In this document: positions 20,191 through 30,700 of the stretch, one piece after another
How positions within the stretch are numbered: position 1 is the first letter of the stretch
Layout of the letters: each line of letters begins with the position of its first letter
From: an uncultured Gemmatimonadales bacterium
Lineage (GTDB): Bacteria > Gemmatimonadota > Gemmatimonadetes > Longimicrobiales > Longimicrobiaceae
Direction of reading: 5' to 3'
Assembly (NCBI GenBank): GCA_963716255.1
Contig: OY970303.1
Span: forward strand, 5,792,001-5,856,000
DNA length: 64,000 nt
Notes under the pieces: model-generated
The model's input: the letters and a program-made list of their open reading frames with translations, nothing else
Databases searched by the model: none
Told to the model about the DNA's origin: nothing
Made by a program: the position numbers and the translations under genes

Positions 20191-21462
20191 ATGACGGAAC
20201 GCAGCGAGCGGGAGTGGCGCCCCATCCTGGAGGGCGTGGAGGCGGAGCGGGCGGTGGCGGTGGCGCGCGAGATCGCGGCGGCGCTCCCGGACCCCGGGGC
20301 GGTGGACGGCGGCGACCCGGCGCTCGCCGGCGGCGACGCGGGCGTGGCCCTGCTGCACGCCTGGCTGGCGCGCGCGGGCGCGGGCGACGGCGAGCGGGCG
20401 GGCCCGCACCTGGACGCGGCCGTCGACGCGCTGGCGAGCATCCCCCTGGCGACCGCGCTGTACGGCGGCTTCACCGGCGTGGCGTGGAGCGCGGAGCTGC
20501 TCCAGGGCGGCGCCCCCGGGGACGACGACGGCGACGACTTCAACGCCGACATCGACGACGCGCTGCTCACCCACGTGGGGCAGTCGCCCTGGACCACGCA
20601 CTACGACCTGGTGTCCGGGCCGGTGGGGCTCGCGGTGTACGCGCTGGAGCGGCTCCCCCGCCCGTCGGCGGCGGCGGTGCTGGAGCAGATCGTGGCGCGG
20701 CTGGAGGAGACCGCCGTCGCCATGCCGGGGGGCGGCCTCGCCTGGCACACCGCCTGGGACCTGCTCCCGGCGTACCAGCGCCCCGCCTTCGCCAGCGGGC
20801 ACTACAACCTGGGGGTGGCGCACGGCGTCCCCGGGGTGGTGTCTGTGCTGGGGCAGGCCGTGGGCGCCGGGGTCGCGGCGGAGCGGGCGCGCCCGCTCCT
20901 GGAGGGCGCGGTGGAGTGGCTGCTCGCGCAGGAGCTGCCGGCGGACTCGCCCTCGCGCTTCGCCTACAGCGCCGCGGAGGGGGTGGCGGCGGCGCCGTCG
21001 CGCGCGGCGTGGTGCTACGGCGACCCGGGGATCGCGGCGGCGCTGCTGGTGGCGGCGCGCGGCGCGGGCGAGGAGGCGTGGGAGCGCGAGGCGCTGCGGA
21101 TCGCGCGGAGCGCGGCGCGGCGCCCGCCGGAGGACGCGGGAGTGGTGGACGCCGGGATCTGCCACGGCGCGGCGGGGCTGGCGCTGGTCTACGACCGGAT
21201 CTTCCAGGCCACCGGCGACGAGGAACTGCGCGACGCGGCCCGCGCGTGGACCGATCGAACCCTGGAGCTGCGGAAGCCGGGGGAGGGCGTGGCCGGCTTC
21301 CGCTCCTGGGGCCCGCCGCGCGGCGGCGGACCCTCGGCGTGGCTGGACGACGCGGGGATCCTCACCGGGGCGGCCGGGGTGGCGCTGACGCTCCTCGCCG
21401 CCGCCACCCCCGTGGAGCCGGAGTGGGACCGCTTCCTCCTGGTCTCCTCGCGCTTCGCATGA
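20191..21462 (+). CDS. lanC: Lanthionine cyclase LanC
   Basis: YDLVSG, GVAHGVPG, zinc-ligand motifs WCYGDPG and CHGAAG, GILTGAAG. Confidence 0.95.
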   Translation: MTERSEREWRPILEGVEAERAVAVAREIAAALPDPGAVDGGDPALAGGDAGVALLHAWLARAGAGDGERAGPHLDAAVDALASIPLATALYGGFTGVAWSAELLQGGAPGDDDGDDFNADIDDALLTHVGQSPWTTHYDLVSGPVGLAVYALERLPRPSAAAVLEQIVARLEETAVAMPGGGLAWHTAWDLLPAYQRPAFASGHYNLGVAHGVPGVVSVLGQAVGAGVAAERARPLLEGAVEWLLAQELPADSPSRFAYSAAEGVAAAPSRAAWCYGDPGIAAALLVAARGAGEEAWEREALRIARSAARRPPEDAGVVDAGICHGAAGLALVYDRIFQATGDEELRDAARAWTDRTLELRKPGEGVAGFRSWGPPRGGGPSAWLDDAGILTGAAGVALTLLAAATPVEPEWDRFLLVSSRFA

Positions 21463-24400
21463 CCGCGGCGTCCACCACCGGCGCCGGCGCCCGGCAGCCC
21501 GGGTTCCGCTCCGCGCCCTTCTTCGTCCTGCGCGCCCCGCTCCTCCCCTTCGGCGAGCTGGAGGCGTGGGCCGAGGGGCTGGCCGCGCCCGGCGCCGTGG
21601 GCGACCCCGCGCGGCTGGAGGAGGCGCTGGCGCACGACCGCGCGCTGCTGCGCGCTCGGCTGCGGAGCATCGTGGAGCGCCCCGAGGTCCGCGAGGCGGT
21701 GTTCGTGGCCTCGCCCGACCTGGAAGAGAGCCTGGACGCGTGGCTCCATGACCCCTCGGGCGAGCGCGGCGACAAGGTGGAGCTGGCGCTGGTGCGCTAC
21801 CTGGAGCGGATGGCCGGGCGGGCGACGCCGTTCGGGCTGTTCGCGGGGTGCGCGGTGGGGGAGCTCGGCGAGCGCACCGTGCTGGCGACGGCTCCGCTGG
21901 CGGAGCGCGGCCGGCACACGCGCCTGGACATGGACTACCTGTGCGGCCTGGCGGACGCGCTCGCGGCGGATCCCGAGCTGCGCCCCTCGCTGCGGCACTT
22001 CCCCAACACCAGCATCTACCGCGCGGCGGGTCGCCTCCGCTACGTGGAGTCGCGGCTGGACAAGGGCGCCCGCTCGCACCACCTGGTGGCGGTGGACGGG
22101 AGCGAGTACCTGGACGCCGCGCTGGAGCGCGCGCGCGCCGGCGCCCGCCCCGCGGAGGTGGTGGACGCCATCCTGGAGCTGGACCCGGAGATCGAGCGCG
22201 AGGACGCCGCCGCCTTCGTGGAGGAGCTGATCGGCAGCCAGCTCCTGGTGTCCGAGCTGGAGCCGCCGGTGACCGGGGGCGAGGCGCTGGACGCGACGCT
22301 GGAGCGGCTGCGCGCGCACCCCGCCGCCGCGGAGGCCGTGGCGCGCCTGGAGGACGTGCGGGGCCGGCTGCGCGACCTGGACGCCGCGCCCCCCGCGGCG
22401 GACTCGCCGCGGCGCTACCGCGAGGTGGCGGAGGCGCTGGGCACCCTCCCCGCGAAGGTGGAGCTGCCGCGCCTCCTCCAGGTGGACATGACCCGCCCGG
22501 GCGCCGGCGCGACGCTGGGTGGCGAGGTGCTGGCCGAGGTCACGCGCGGCGTCGAGCTGCTGCACCGCGTCACCCCGCCCGGCTGGGACGACCGCCTGGC
22601 GGCCTTCCGGACCGCCTTCCAGGCGCGCTTCGAGGGGCGCGAGGTGCCGCTGGTGGAGGCGCTGGACGAGGAGATCGGCATCGGTTTCGAGGCGTCGAGC
22701 GCGCCGGGCGCCGAGGGGTCGCCGCTGCTCCACGGCCTGGACTTCACCGGCGCCGAGCCGCGAAAGGTGCCGTGGAACCGTCGCGAGTCGCACCTCCTGC
22801 GCATGCTGGAGGACGCGCGCGCCCGCGGCGCTCGCGAGGTGGAGCTGGGCCCCGCCGACGTAGAAGCGCTCTCGTCCACGGACCCGGCGCCGCTCCCGGA
22901 CGCTTTTTCGCTGCGGGCGGTCGTGGGCGCGGCGTCGCAGGAGGCGCTCGACGCCGGCCACTTCCGGGTGGAGATGGACGGGGCAGGGGGGCCCTCCGGG
23001 GCCCGCATCCTGGGCCGCTTCTGCCACGCGGACCCGGCGCTGCACGCGCGGGTGGAGGCCCACCTGCGCGCCGAGGAGGCGCTGCGGCCGGACGCGGTCT
23101 TCGCCGAGGTGGTGCACCTCCCCGAAGGGCGCATCGGCAACATCCTCTTCCGCCCGGTGCTGCGCGGCTGGGAGATCCCGTACCTGGGGCGCTCCGGCGC
23201 CCCCGCCGAGCGCCAGATCCCGGTGACCGACCTGCGGGTGTCGGTCGCCGGAGACCGCATCGTGCTGCGCTCCGCGAGCCTGGGGAAGCAGGTGGTGCCG
23301 CGGCTGACCAGCGCCCACAACTTCTCGCGGCGCAGCGTGGGGATGTACCGCTTCCTGTGCTCGCTGCAGACGCAGGGGGTGGCGGGCGGCGTCGCCTGGA
23401 GCTGGGGCGTGCTGGAGCGCGCCCGCTTCCTCCCCCGCGTGGTCAGCGGCCGCCTGGTGCTGTCGCGCGCGCGCTGGCGCCTGGAGGAGGGCGACATCAG
23501 GGGGCTGCGCGACGCCAGGGGCGCCGCGCGCTATGCCCGCGCGCAGGCGCTGCGGGGCGAGTTGGGGCTGCCACGCTGGATCACGCTGGCGGACGGCGAC
23601 AACGAGCTCCCGGTGGACCTGGACAACGTGCTCAGCGTGGAAGCGTTCGTCCACGCGGTGCGGGGCCGGAGCGACGCCGTGCTGATGGAGATGTTCCCGG
23701 CGCCGGAGGAGCTGGCCGCGCGGGGGCCGGAGGGGCGCTTCGTCAGCGAGCTGGTGGTGGCGTGCGAGCGCGCGGCGGAGCCGGCGCCCGCCCGCTCCTC
23801 CGCCCCGGCCGTGCTCCGCCCGGTGGCGCGGAGCTTCGCGCCGGGCTCCGAGTGGCTGTACGCCAAGCTGTACACGGGCACCGCCACCGCGGACGTGCTG
23901 CTGCGCGAGGTGGTGCGCCCGCTGGCCGCGGAGGCGCTCGCCTCCGGCGCGGCGCGCGGCTGGTTCTTCATCCGCTACGGCGACCCGGAGTGGCACCTGC
24001 GCGTGCGCTTTCACGGCGACCCGGCGCGCCTGCTCTCGGAAACGGTGCCGCGGCTCCACGAGCTCGCCTCGCCGCTCCTGGCCGACGGCTCGCTCTGGAG
24101 GGTGCAGCTGGACACCTACGAGCGCGAGACCGAGCGCTACGGCGGCCCGGAGGGGATCGAGCCGGCCGAGCGGCTCTTCCACGCGGACAGCGAGGCGGTG
24201 CTGGCGGTGCTGGACACCCTCTCGGGCGACGAGGGCGCGGACCTTCGCTGGCGGGTGGCGCTCTGCGGCGTGGACACGCTGCTCGCCGACCTGGGGCTGG
24301 ACGCCGCGGAGAAGCGCGACCTGATGCGGGCCATGGAAGCCTCGATGGCGCGCGAGTTCGACAAGGCGGCCACCCTCAAGCGCGAGCTGTCCGACCGCTT

Positions 24401-24707
24401 CCGCCGCGACCGCGCCTCGCTGGAGTCGCTGCTCGCCGCGGCGCGCGAGGGGGGCGACGGCGATCTCCCCCCCGAGCTGGCCGCGCTGCGCCGGCGCTCG
24501 GAAGCGCTCCGCCCGGTGGCCGCGGAGCTGGCGGAGCGCGAGCGCGCCGGGCGGTTGACCGCCCCGGTGCGGGCGCTGGCCTCCAGCTTCACGCACATGC
24601 ACCTCAACCGCATCCTGCGCTCCTCCGCGCGGGCGCAGGAGATGGTGATCTACCACCTGCTGGGACGATTGTACGAATCGGAGGCGGCACGGCGGCGGAG
24701 CGGCTGA
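21459..24707 (+). CDS. lanB: Class I lanthipeptide dehydratase LanB (glutamylation plus elimination domains, ~1082 aa)
   Basis: [39 protein letters not shown]; elimination domain [42 protein letters not shown] overlap with lanC. Confidence 0.95.
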   Translation: MTAASTTGAGARQPGFRSAPFFVLRAPLLPFGELEAWAEGLAAPGAVGDPARLEEALAHDRALLRARLRSIVERPEVREAVFVASPDLEESLDAWLHDPSGERGDKVELALVRYLERMAGRATPFGLFAGCAVGELGERTVLATAPLAERGRHTRLDMDYLCGLADALAADPELRPSLRHFPNTSIYRAAGRLRYVESRLDKGARSHHLVAVDGSEYLDAALERARAGARPAEVVDAILELDPEIEREDAAAFVEELIGSQLLVSELEPPVTGGEALDATLERLRAHPAAAEAVARLEDVRGRLRDLDAAPPAADSPRRYREVAEALGTLPAKVELPRLLQVDMTRPGAGATLGGEVLAEVTRGVELLHRVTPPGWDDRLAAFRTAFQARFEGREVPLVEALDEEIGIGFEASSAPGAEGSPLLHGLDFTGAEPRKVPWNRRESHLLRMLEDARARGAREVELGPADVEALSSTDPAPLPDAFSLRAVVGAASQEALDAGHFRVEMDGAGGPSGARILGRFCHADPALHARVEAHLRAEEALRPDAVFAEVVHLPEGRIGNILFRPVLRGWEIPYLGRSGAPAERQIPVTDLRVSVAGDRIVLRSASLGKQVVPRLTSAHNFSRRSVGMYRFLCSLQTQGVAGGVAWSWGVLERARFLPRVVSGRLVLSRARWRLEEGDIRGLRDARGAARYARAQALRGELGLPRWITLADGDNELPVDLDNVLSVEAFVHAVRGRSDAVLMEMFPAPEELAARGPEGRFVSELVVACERAAEPAPARSSAPAVLRPVARSFAPGSEWLYAKLYTGTATADVLLREVVRPLAAEALASGAARGWFFIRYGDPEWHLRVRFHGDPARLLSETVPRLHELASPLLADGSLWRVQLDTYERETERYGGPEGIEPAERLFHADSEAVLAVLDTLSGDEGADLRWRVALCGVDTLLADLGLDAAEKRDLMRAMEASMAREFDKAATLKRELSDRFRRDRASLESLLAAAREGGDGDLPPELAALRRRSEALRPVAAELAERERAGRLTAPVRALASSFTHMHLNRILRSSARAQEMVIYHLLGRLYESEAARRRSG

Positions 24708-24741
24708 CGGAGCGCGGAGTACAAGGGGCGGAGCGGCGGAA

Positions 24742-24781
24742 CGGGCCGGGACGGGGGCATCCCCGTGCCGGCTCCCTTTTC
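24742..24781 (+). terminator. Terminator-like hairpin after lanB
   Basis: gccgggacgggg-gcat-ccccgtgccggc stem followed by tccctttt. Confidence 0.45.
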
Positions 24782-24795
24782 GGAGAGACGGGAGC

Positions 24796-27700
24796 ATGGG
24801 CGCGAACGAAGGGCCGGGGCGGGCGGTAGCGGTGTCGGCGGCGAAGCGGGCGCTGCTGGAGAAGCGGATGCGGGGCGGCTTCGCCGCCGCGGCGGAGCGG
24901 CGGTCCATCCCGCGGCGCCCGCAGGACGGGCCCGCGCCGCTCTCCTTCGCGCAGCGGCGCCTGTGGTTCCTGGAGCAGATGGAGCCGGGGACGCCGCTGC
25001 ACAACCTCCCCGGCGCCTTCCGCCTGCGCCGGGCGCTGGACCCCGCCGTGCTGCGCCGCGCCGCCACCGAGGTGGTGCGTCGGCACGACGCGCTGCGCGC
25101 CGTCTTCACCGCCGAGGGCGGCGAGCCGGTGCAGACGGTCGCCCCCGCGCGCGCCGTCCCCGTCCCGGTCGTCGACCTGTCGCGGCTGGACGAGGAGGCG
25201 CGCGGGGCGGAGGCCGTGCGCCGCATCCGCTTCGAGGGGGCGCTCCCCTTCGACCTGGGCTCCGGGCTGCTGGCGCGCGTCTCGGTCCTGCGCCTGGGCG
25301 CGGAGGACCACGTGGTGCTCGTCACCCACCACCACGTCGCCAGCGACGGCTGGTCGATGTCGCTGTTCGTGGGCGAGATGCTGGAGGCGTACCGCGCCCT
25401 CCTGGCCGGCGCCGTCCCCGCGCTCCCCGAACTCCCCGTCCGCTTCGCCGACTTCGCGGCCTGGCAGCGCGACGAGCTGGGCGGCGACCTCCCCGCCGGC
25501 GACCTGGCGTGGTGGCGCGACCACCTGGCCGGCGCCCCCTCGCTGCTGGAAATCCCGACCGACCGACCGCGCTCCGCCGCCCAGGGCACGGCCGGCGCCC
25601 TCCACGCCTTCGACCTCCCGGCGGAGCTGCTGGAGGCGGTGCAGGCGCTCGCCCGCGCGGAGGGCGCCACGCCGTTCATGGTGCTGCTCGCCGCCTTCGC
25701 GACCCTCCTTTCGCGCTGGTCCGGGCAGGAGGACGTGGTCGTCGGCTCGCCGATCGCGGGGCGGACGCGCGCGGAAACGGAGCGCCTGGTGGGCTTCTTC
25801 GCCAACACCCTGCCGCTGCGCACCGACCTGTCCGGCGACCCCACGTTCCGCGATCTCCTGCGTCGCGTGCGCGAGGCGACGCTGGGGGCCTACGCGCGCC
25901 AGGAGGTGCCGTTCGAGCGCATCGTGGAAACGCTTCGCGTGGAACGCAGCCTCGCCCACGCGCCGGTGTTCCAGGTGATGTTCACGCTCCAGAACAACCC
26001 CGGGATCGTGGAGGTGGCGGGATTCCGCCTGGAGCCGGCGGACGCGGGGAGCGGCACCGCCAAGTTCGACCTGACGCTGGGGCTGGAGGAGCGCGCGGGG
26101 CGGCTGGTGGGGATCGTGGAGTACGCGACCGCCCTGTTCGACGCGGAGACCGTCGCGCGGATGGTGGAGCAATTCCGCACGCTGCTGGAAGGGATCGTCG
26201 CGGACCCGTCGTGTCGGGTCGCGGAGCTGCCCCTGCTGGGTCCCGGCGAGCGGAGCGTGCTCCTGTGCGACTGGAGCGGTACGGACGCGGCCGCGGCGGA
26301 CGACGCCTGCCTGCACGAGCGTTTCGAGGCGCAGGCGCGCCGCACGCCGGACGCGGTTGCACTGGTCGCGGGCCGGGAGCGGGTCACGTACGCCGCGCTG
26401 GACGCGCGCGCATCGGCGGTCGCGGCGGAGCTGCGGGCGCGCGGCGTGGGCCCGGAGACGCGCGTGGGCGTGTGCACCGGGCGCGGGGCGGAGATGGTGG
26501 CGGCGACCCTCGGCGTCCTCAAGGCCGGCGGCGCCTACGTCCCTCTCGACCCCCGGTATCCCCGCGAGCGCCTGGCGTTCGTACTGGAGGACGCGGCGGT
26601 GTCCGTCGTGGTGGCGAGCGAGGCGGCCGTGGGGGCGCTGCCCGAGTTCGGGGGGGAGATCGTGGCGTGCGACGGGACCCCCCTCCCCCCGGCCCCCTCC
26701 CCCGCAAGGGGAGAGGGGGAGCACGACAATGCTGCCCGACAGGAAGCCTGCCCCCAGAATTGGGGGAGGGTGGCGAGCCTAAGCGAGCCGGGCGGGAGCG
26801 ACCCCGCGGACGCCAGCACGGTCTCCGTCCATCCCGCGAACCTCGCGTACCTGATCTACACGTCGGGGTCGACGGGCCGGCCCAAGGGGGTGCAGATCGA
26901 GCACCGGAGCGCCGTGGCGCTGCTGCGCTGGGCGGACGAGGTGTTCGCGGACGACGTGCTCGGCGGGGTGCTGGCGTCCACCTCGCTGAGCTTCGACCTG
27001 TCGGTGTTCGAGCTGTTCCTGCCGCTGGGGCGCGGGGGCACGGTGGTGCTTGCGGAGGACGCGCTGGCGCTGGCGACGCTGCCGGCGCGCGAGGAGGTGA
27101 CTCTGCTGAACACGGTGCCCTCGGCGGCGGCGGCGCTGGTGCGCGCGGGGGCGGTGCCGGCGTCGGTGCGCGTGGTGTGCCTTGCGGGGGAGGCGCTGAA
27201 GCGGGGGCTCGTGGACGAGCTGTACGGGCTGCCGCAGGTGGAGGCGGTGTACAACCTGTACGGCCCGAGCGAGGACACCACCTACTCCACCTGGGCGCGC
27301 GTGCCGCGGACGGAGGGGCGGGACCCCGCCATCGGGCGGGCAGTCGCGGGGACGCGTGCATACGTGCTGGACGGGCGCATGGAGCCGGCGCCCGCGGGCG
27401 TCCCGGGCGAGCTGTACCTGGGCGGGGCGGGGGTGGCGCGGGGCTACCTGGGGCGGCCGGACGCCACTGCGGGGGCCTTCGTCCCGGACCCGTTCGGGCG
27501 GGCGGCGGGCGGGCGGCTGTACCGGACGGGAGACCGCGCGCGCTGGCTGGCGTCCGGCGAGCTGGAGTTCCTGGGGCGGCTGGACCACCAGGTCAAGGTC
27601 CGCGGCTTCCGCGTGGAGCCCGGCGAGGTCGAGGGTGCGCTGCTCGCACACCCCGCGGTGCGCGAGTGCGTGGTGGTCGCGCGCGAGGAGGCCCCGGGCG

Positions 27701-30700
27701 GCGCCCGGCTGGTCGCGTACGTCGTCGCGGGCGAGGGCGCGCCCGAGCCCGACGCCGCGGAGCTGCGCCGCCACCTGCGTGCCACCCTCCCGGAGCACAT
27801 GGTGCCCGCGCTCTTCGTCGCCCTGGCGGCGCTTCCGCGGACCCCCAACGGCAAGCTGGACCGCGGGGCGCTCCCCGCGCCGGAGGCCGGGTCGACGTCG
27901 GCGGAGCACGTGCCGCCGCGGGGCGCGACGGAGGCGGCGGTCGCCGCGGCGTGGAGCGAGCTGCTGCGCGCGGACGCGGTCGGCGCGCGCGACAACTTCT
28001 TCGAGCTGGGCGGCCACTCGCTGCTGGCGACGCAGGTGGTCGCGCGCCTGCGCGACCGGCTGGGCGTGGAGCTGCCGCTGCGCGCGGTGTTCGAGGCGCC
28101 CACCGTCGCGGAGCTGGCGGCGCGGGTGGACTCGCTGCGGGGCGGGGCGGGGGAGGACGCCGGCGCGCGGATCCCCGCCCTCGCCGGCCCGCGGCGGTTC
28201 CCGCTGTCGTTCTCGCAGGAGCGGCTCTGGTTCCTGCACCGCATGGACCCGGCGAGCCCCGTCTACAACATCCCCGTCGTGCTGCGCCTGTCGGGCCGGC
28301 TGGACGCGGGCGCGCTGGAGCGCGCGCTGTCCGCCCTGGTCCGGCGCCACGAGACCCTGCGCACCGTGTTCGCCGAGGCGGACGGCGTCGCCGTGCAGGT
28401 CGTCCAGGGCGCCGCGGACGTGCCGCTCCCCTTGGCCGACCTGTCCGCGCTCGGCCGCGAGCGCGCGGAGGCCGGGGCCGCCCGGCTCGCCGCCGCGGAG
28501 GCCGCGCGCCCGTTCGACCTCGCGGCGGGTCCGGTCTTCCGCGCCGCGCTCCTGCGCCTCGCCGCCGACGAGCACCTCCTCCTCCTCACGCTTCACCACG
28601 TCGCGGGCGACGCCTGGTCCGTCGGCATCCTCCTGGGCGAGCTGGCGGCGGCGTACCGCGGCGCGCCCGTCGCGGTGCTGCCGGTGCAGTACGGCGACTT
28701 CGCCGCGTGGCAGCGCGGCCGCCTGTCGGGCGAGGTGCTGGACGCGCAGCTCGCCTGGTGGCGCGGCCACCTGGCCGGCGCCCCCGCCGCCCTCGACCTC
28801 CCCACGGACCGCCCGCGCCCCCGCGAGCAGAGCCACCGGGGCGCGTCGCACGCCTTCGCCGTCCCCGCGGAAGTGGCCGCGGCGGTGCACGCGCTCGCCC
28901 GGCGCGAGGGCGCGACGCCGTTCATGGTGCTGCTCGCCGCCTGGCAGACGCTGCTGGCGCGCTGGTCCGGGCAGGACGACGTGGTCGTCGGCACGCCCAT
29001 CGCCGGGCGGACGCGCGCGGAAACGGAGGGGCTGGTCGGCTTCTTCGTCAACACGCTGGCGCTGCGGACGGAGCTGTCCGGCCGGCCGTCGTTCCGCGAG
29101 GTGGTGGCCCGCGCGCGCGAGGCGGCGCTGGGCGCGTACGCGCACCAGGAGCTCCCCTTCGAGCGGCTGGTGGAGGCCCTGGGCGCGGAGCGCGACGCCG
29201 GCCGCAACCCCGTCTTCCAGGCGATGCTCGCGCTGCAGAACACGCCGGGCGGGACGGAGATGGAGATGGGGGGCGTGCGCGCGCGGGTGGAGGAGCCGGG
29301 ATCGGCGACGTCCAAGTTCGACCTGACGCTGGCGATGGTGGAGCGCGACGGCCGGCTGGACGCGGTGCTGGAATATGCCGTCGACCTGTTCGACCGCGCG
29401 ACCGTGGAGCGCATGGCGGCGCAGCTCGTGGTCCTGCTGCGCTCCGCCGCCGCCGACCCCGGCCGCCCCGCCGCCGGGCTGGCGATCCTCCCCCCGGAGG
29501 AGCGCCGCCGGGTGGTGGAGGCGTGGAACGACACCGCGGCTGCGTTCCCGCCCGCGCCGGTGCACGCGCTCGTCGCGGAGCAGGCGGCGCGCACGCCGGA
29601 CGCGGTCGCCGTCGTGGCCGCCGGGGCCTCGCTGACGTACGCCGGGCTGTCCGCGCGCGCCGACGCCCTCGCGGCGGAGCTGCGCGCGCTCGGTGCCGGC
29701 CCCGAGGCGCGCGTGGGCATCTGCATGGAGCGCTCGGCGGAGATGGTCGTCGCGCTGCTCGCCGTGCTCCGCGCGGGCGCGGCGTACGTCCCGCTCGACC
29801 CCGAGTACCCCGCCGAGCGCCTGGCCTACATGCTCGCGGACTCCGGCGCCGGGGTGCTGCTGACGCAGGAGCGGCTGCGGGGGACGCTCCCGGAGTTCGG
29901 GGGCGTGATGGTCGTGTGCGACGGGACCCCCTTCCCCCCGGCCCCCTCCCCCGCAAGGGGGGAGGGGGAGAACGACACAGCGGAACTTCAGGGTCAGGAA
30001 GCCCTCCCCCAGAATTGGGGGGTGGCGAGCCTGAGCGAGCCGGGTGGGGGCGCCGCAGCGGACGCCAGCGTGGTTTCCGTCGACCCCGACAACGCCGCCT
30101 ACGTCATCTACACTTCCGGCTCCACCGGCCGCCCCAAGGGCGTGGTGGTGCCGCACGGCGCGCTCGCCAACCACGTGCGGTGGATGCAGCGCGACCTCCC
30201 GCTCTCGGCCGGCGACCGCGTGCTGCAGAAGACGCCGTTCAGCTTCGACGCTTCGGTGTGGGAGTTCTGGGCACCGCTGGTCGCCGGGGGGACGCTGGTG
30301 ATGGCGGAGCCGGGGGCGCACCGCGAGCCTGCCCGCCTCGTCCGCGCGCTGGCCGGCGAGCGCATCACCGTCGCCCAGTTCGTCCCGTCGCTGCTGTCCG
30401 CGGTGCTGGAGGAGGACGCGCGTGCCTGGACGACGGCCCGCCGCGTGTTCTGCGGCGGCGAGGCGCTGCCGGCGGAGCTCGCGGCGCGCGCCCGGGCGAC
30501 GCTGGGCGCCGAGGTCGTCAACCTGTACGGCCCCACGGAGGCGTGCATCGACGCCACCTTCGCGGTCGCGTCCGGGACGTCAAGCGGTCCCGGGGCGACG
30601 GTGCCGATCGGGCGGGCGGTGGCGAACGCGCGGGCGTTCGTGCTGGGCCCGGAGGGCGAGCCCGCGCCCGTGGGCGTGCCGGGCGAGCTGTACCTGGGCG

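Noticed and set aside
21459..24707. PEARL (small LanB, peptide aminoacyl-tRNA ligase) or thiopeptide split dehydratase
   Set aside because: The elimination domain is fused, a LanC is adjacent and there is no YcaO, so this is a standard class I LanB.
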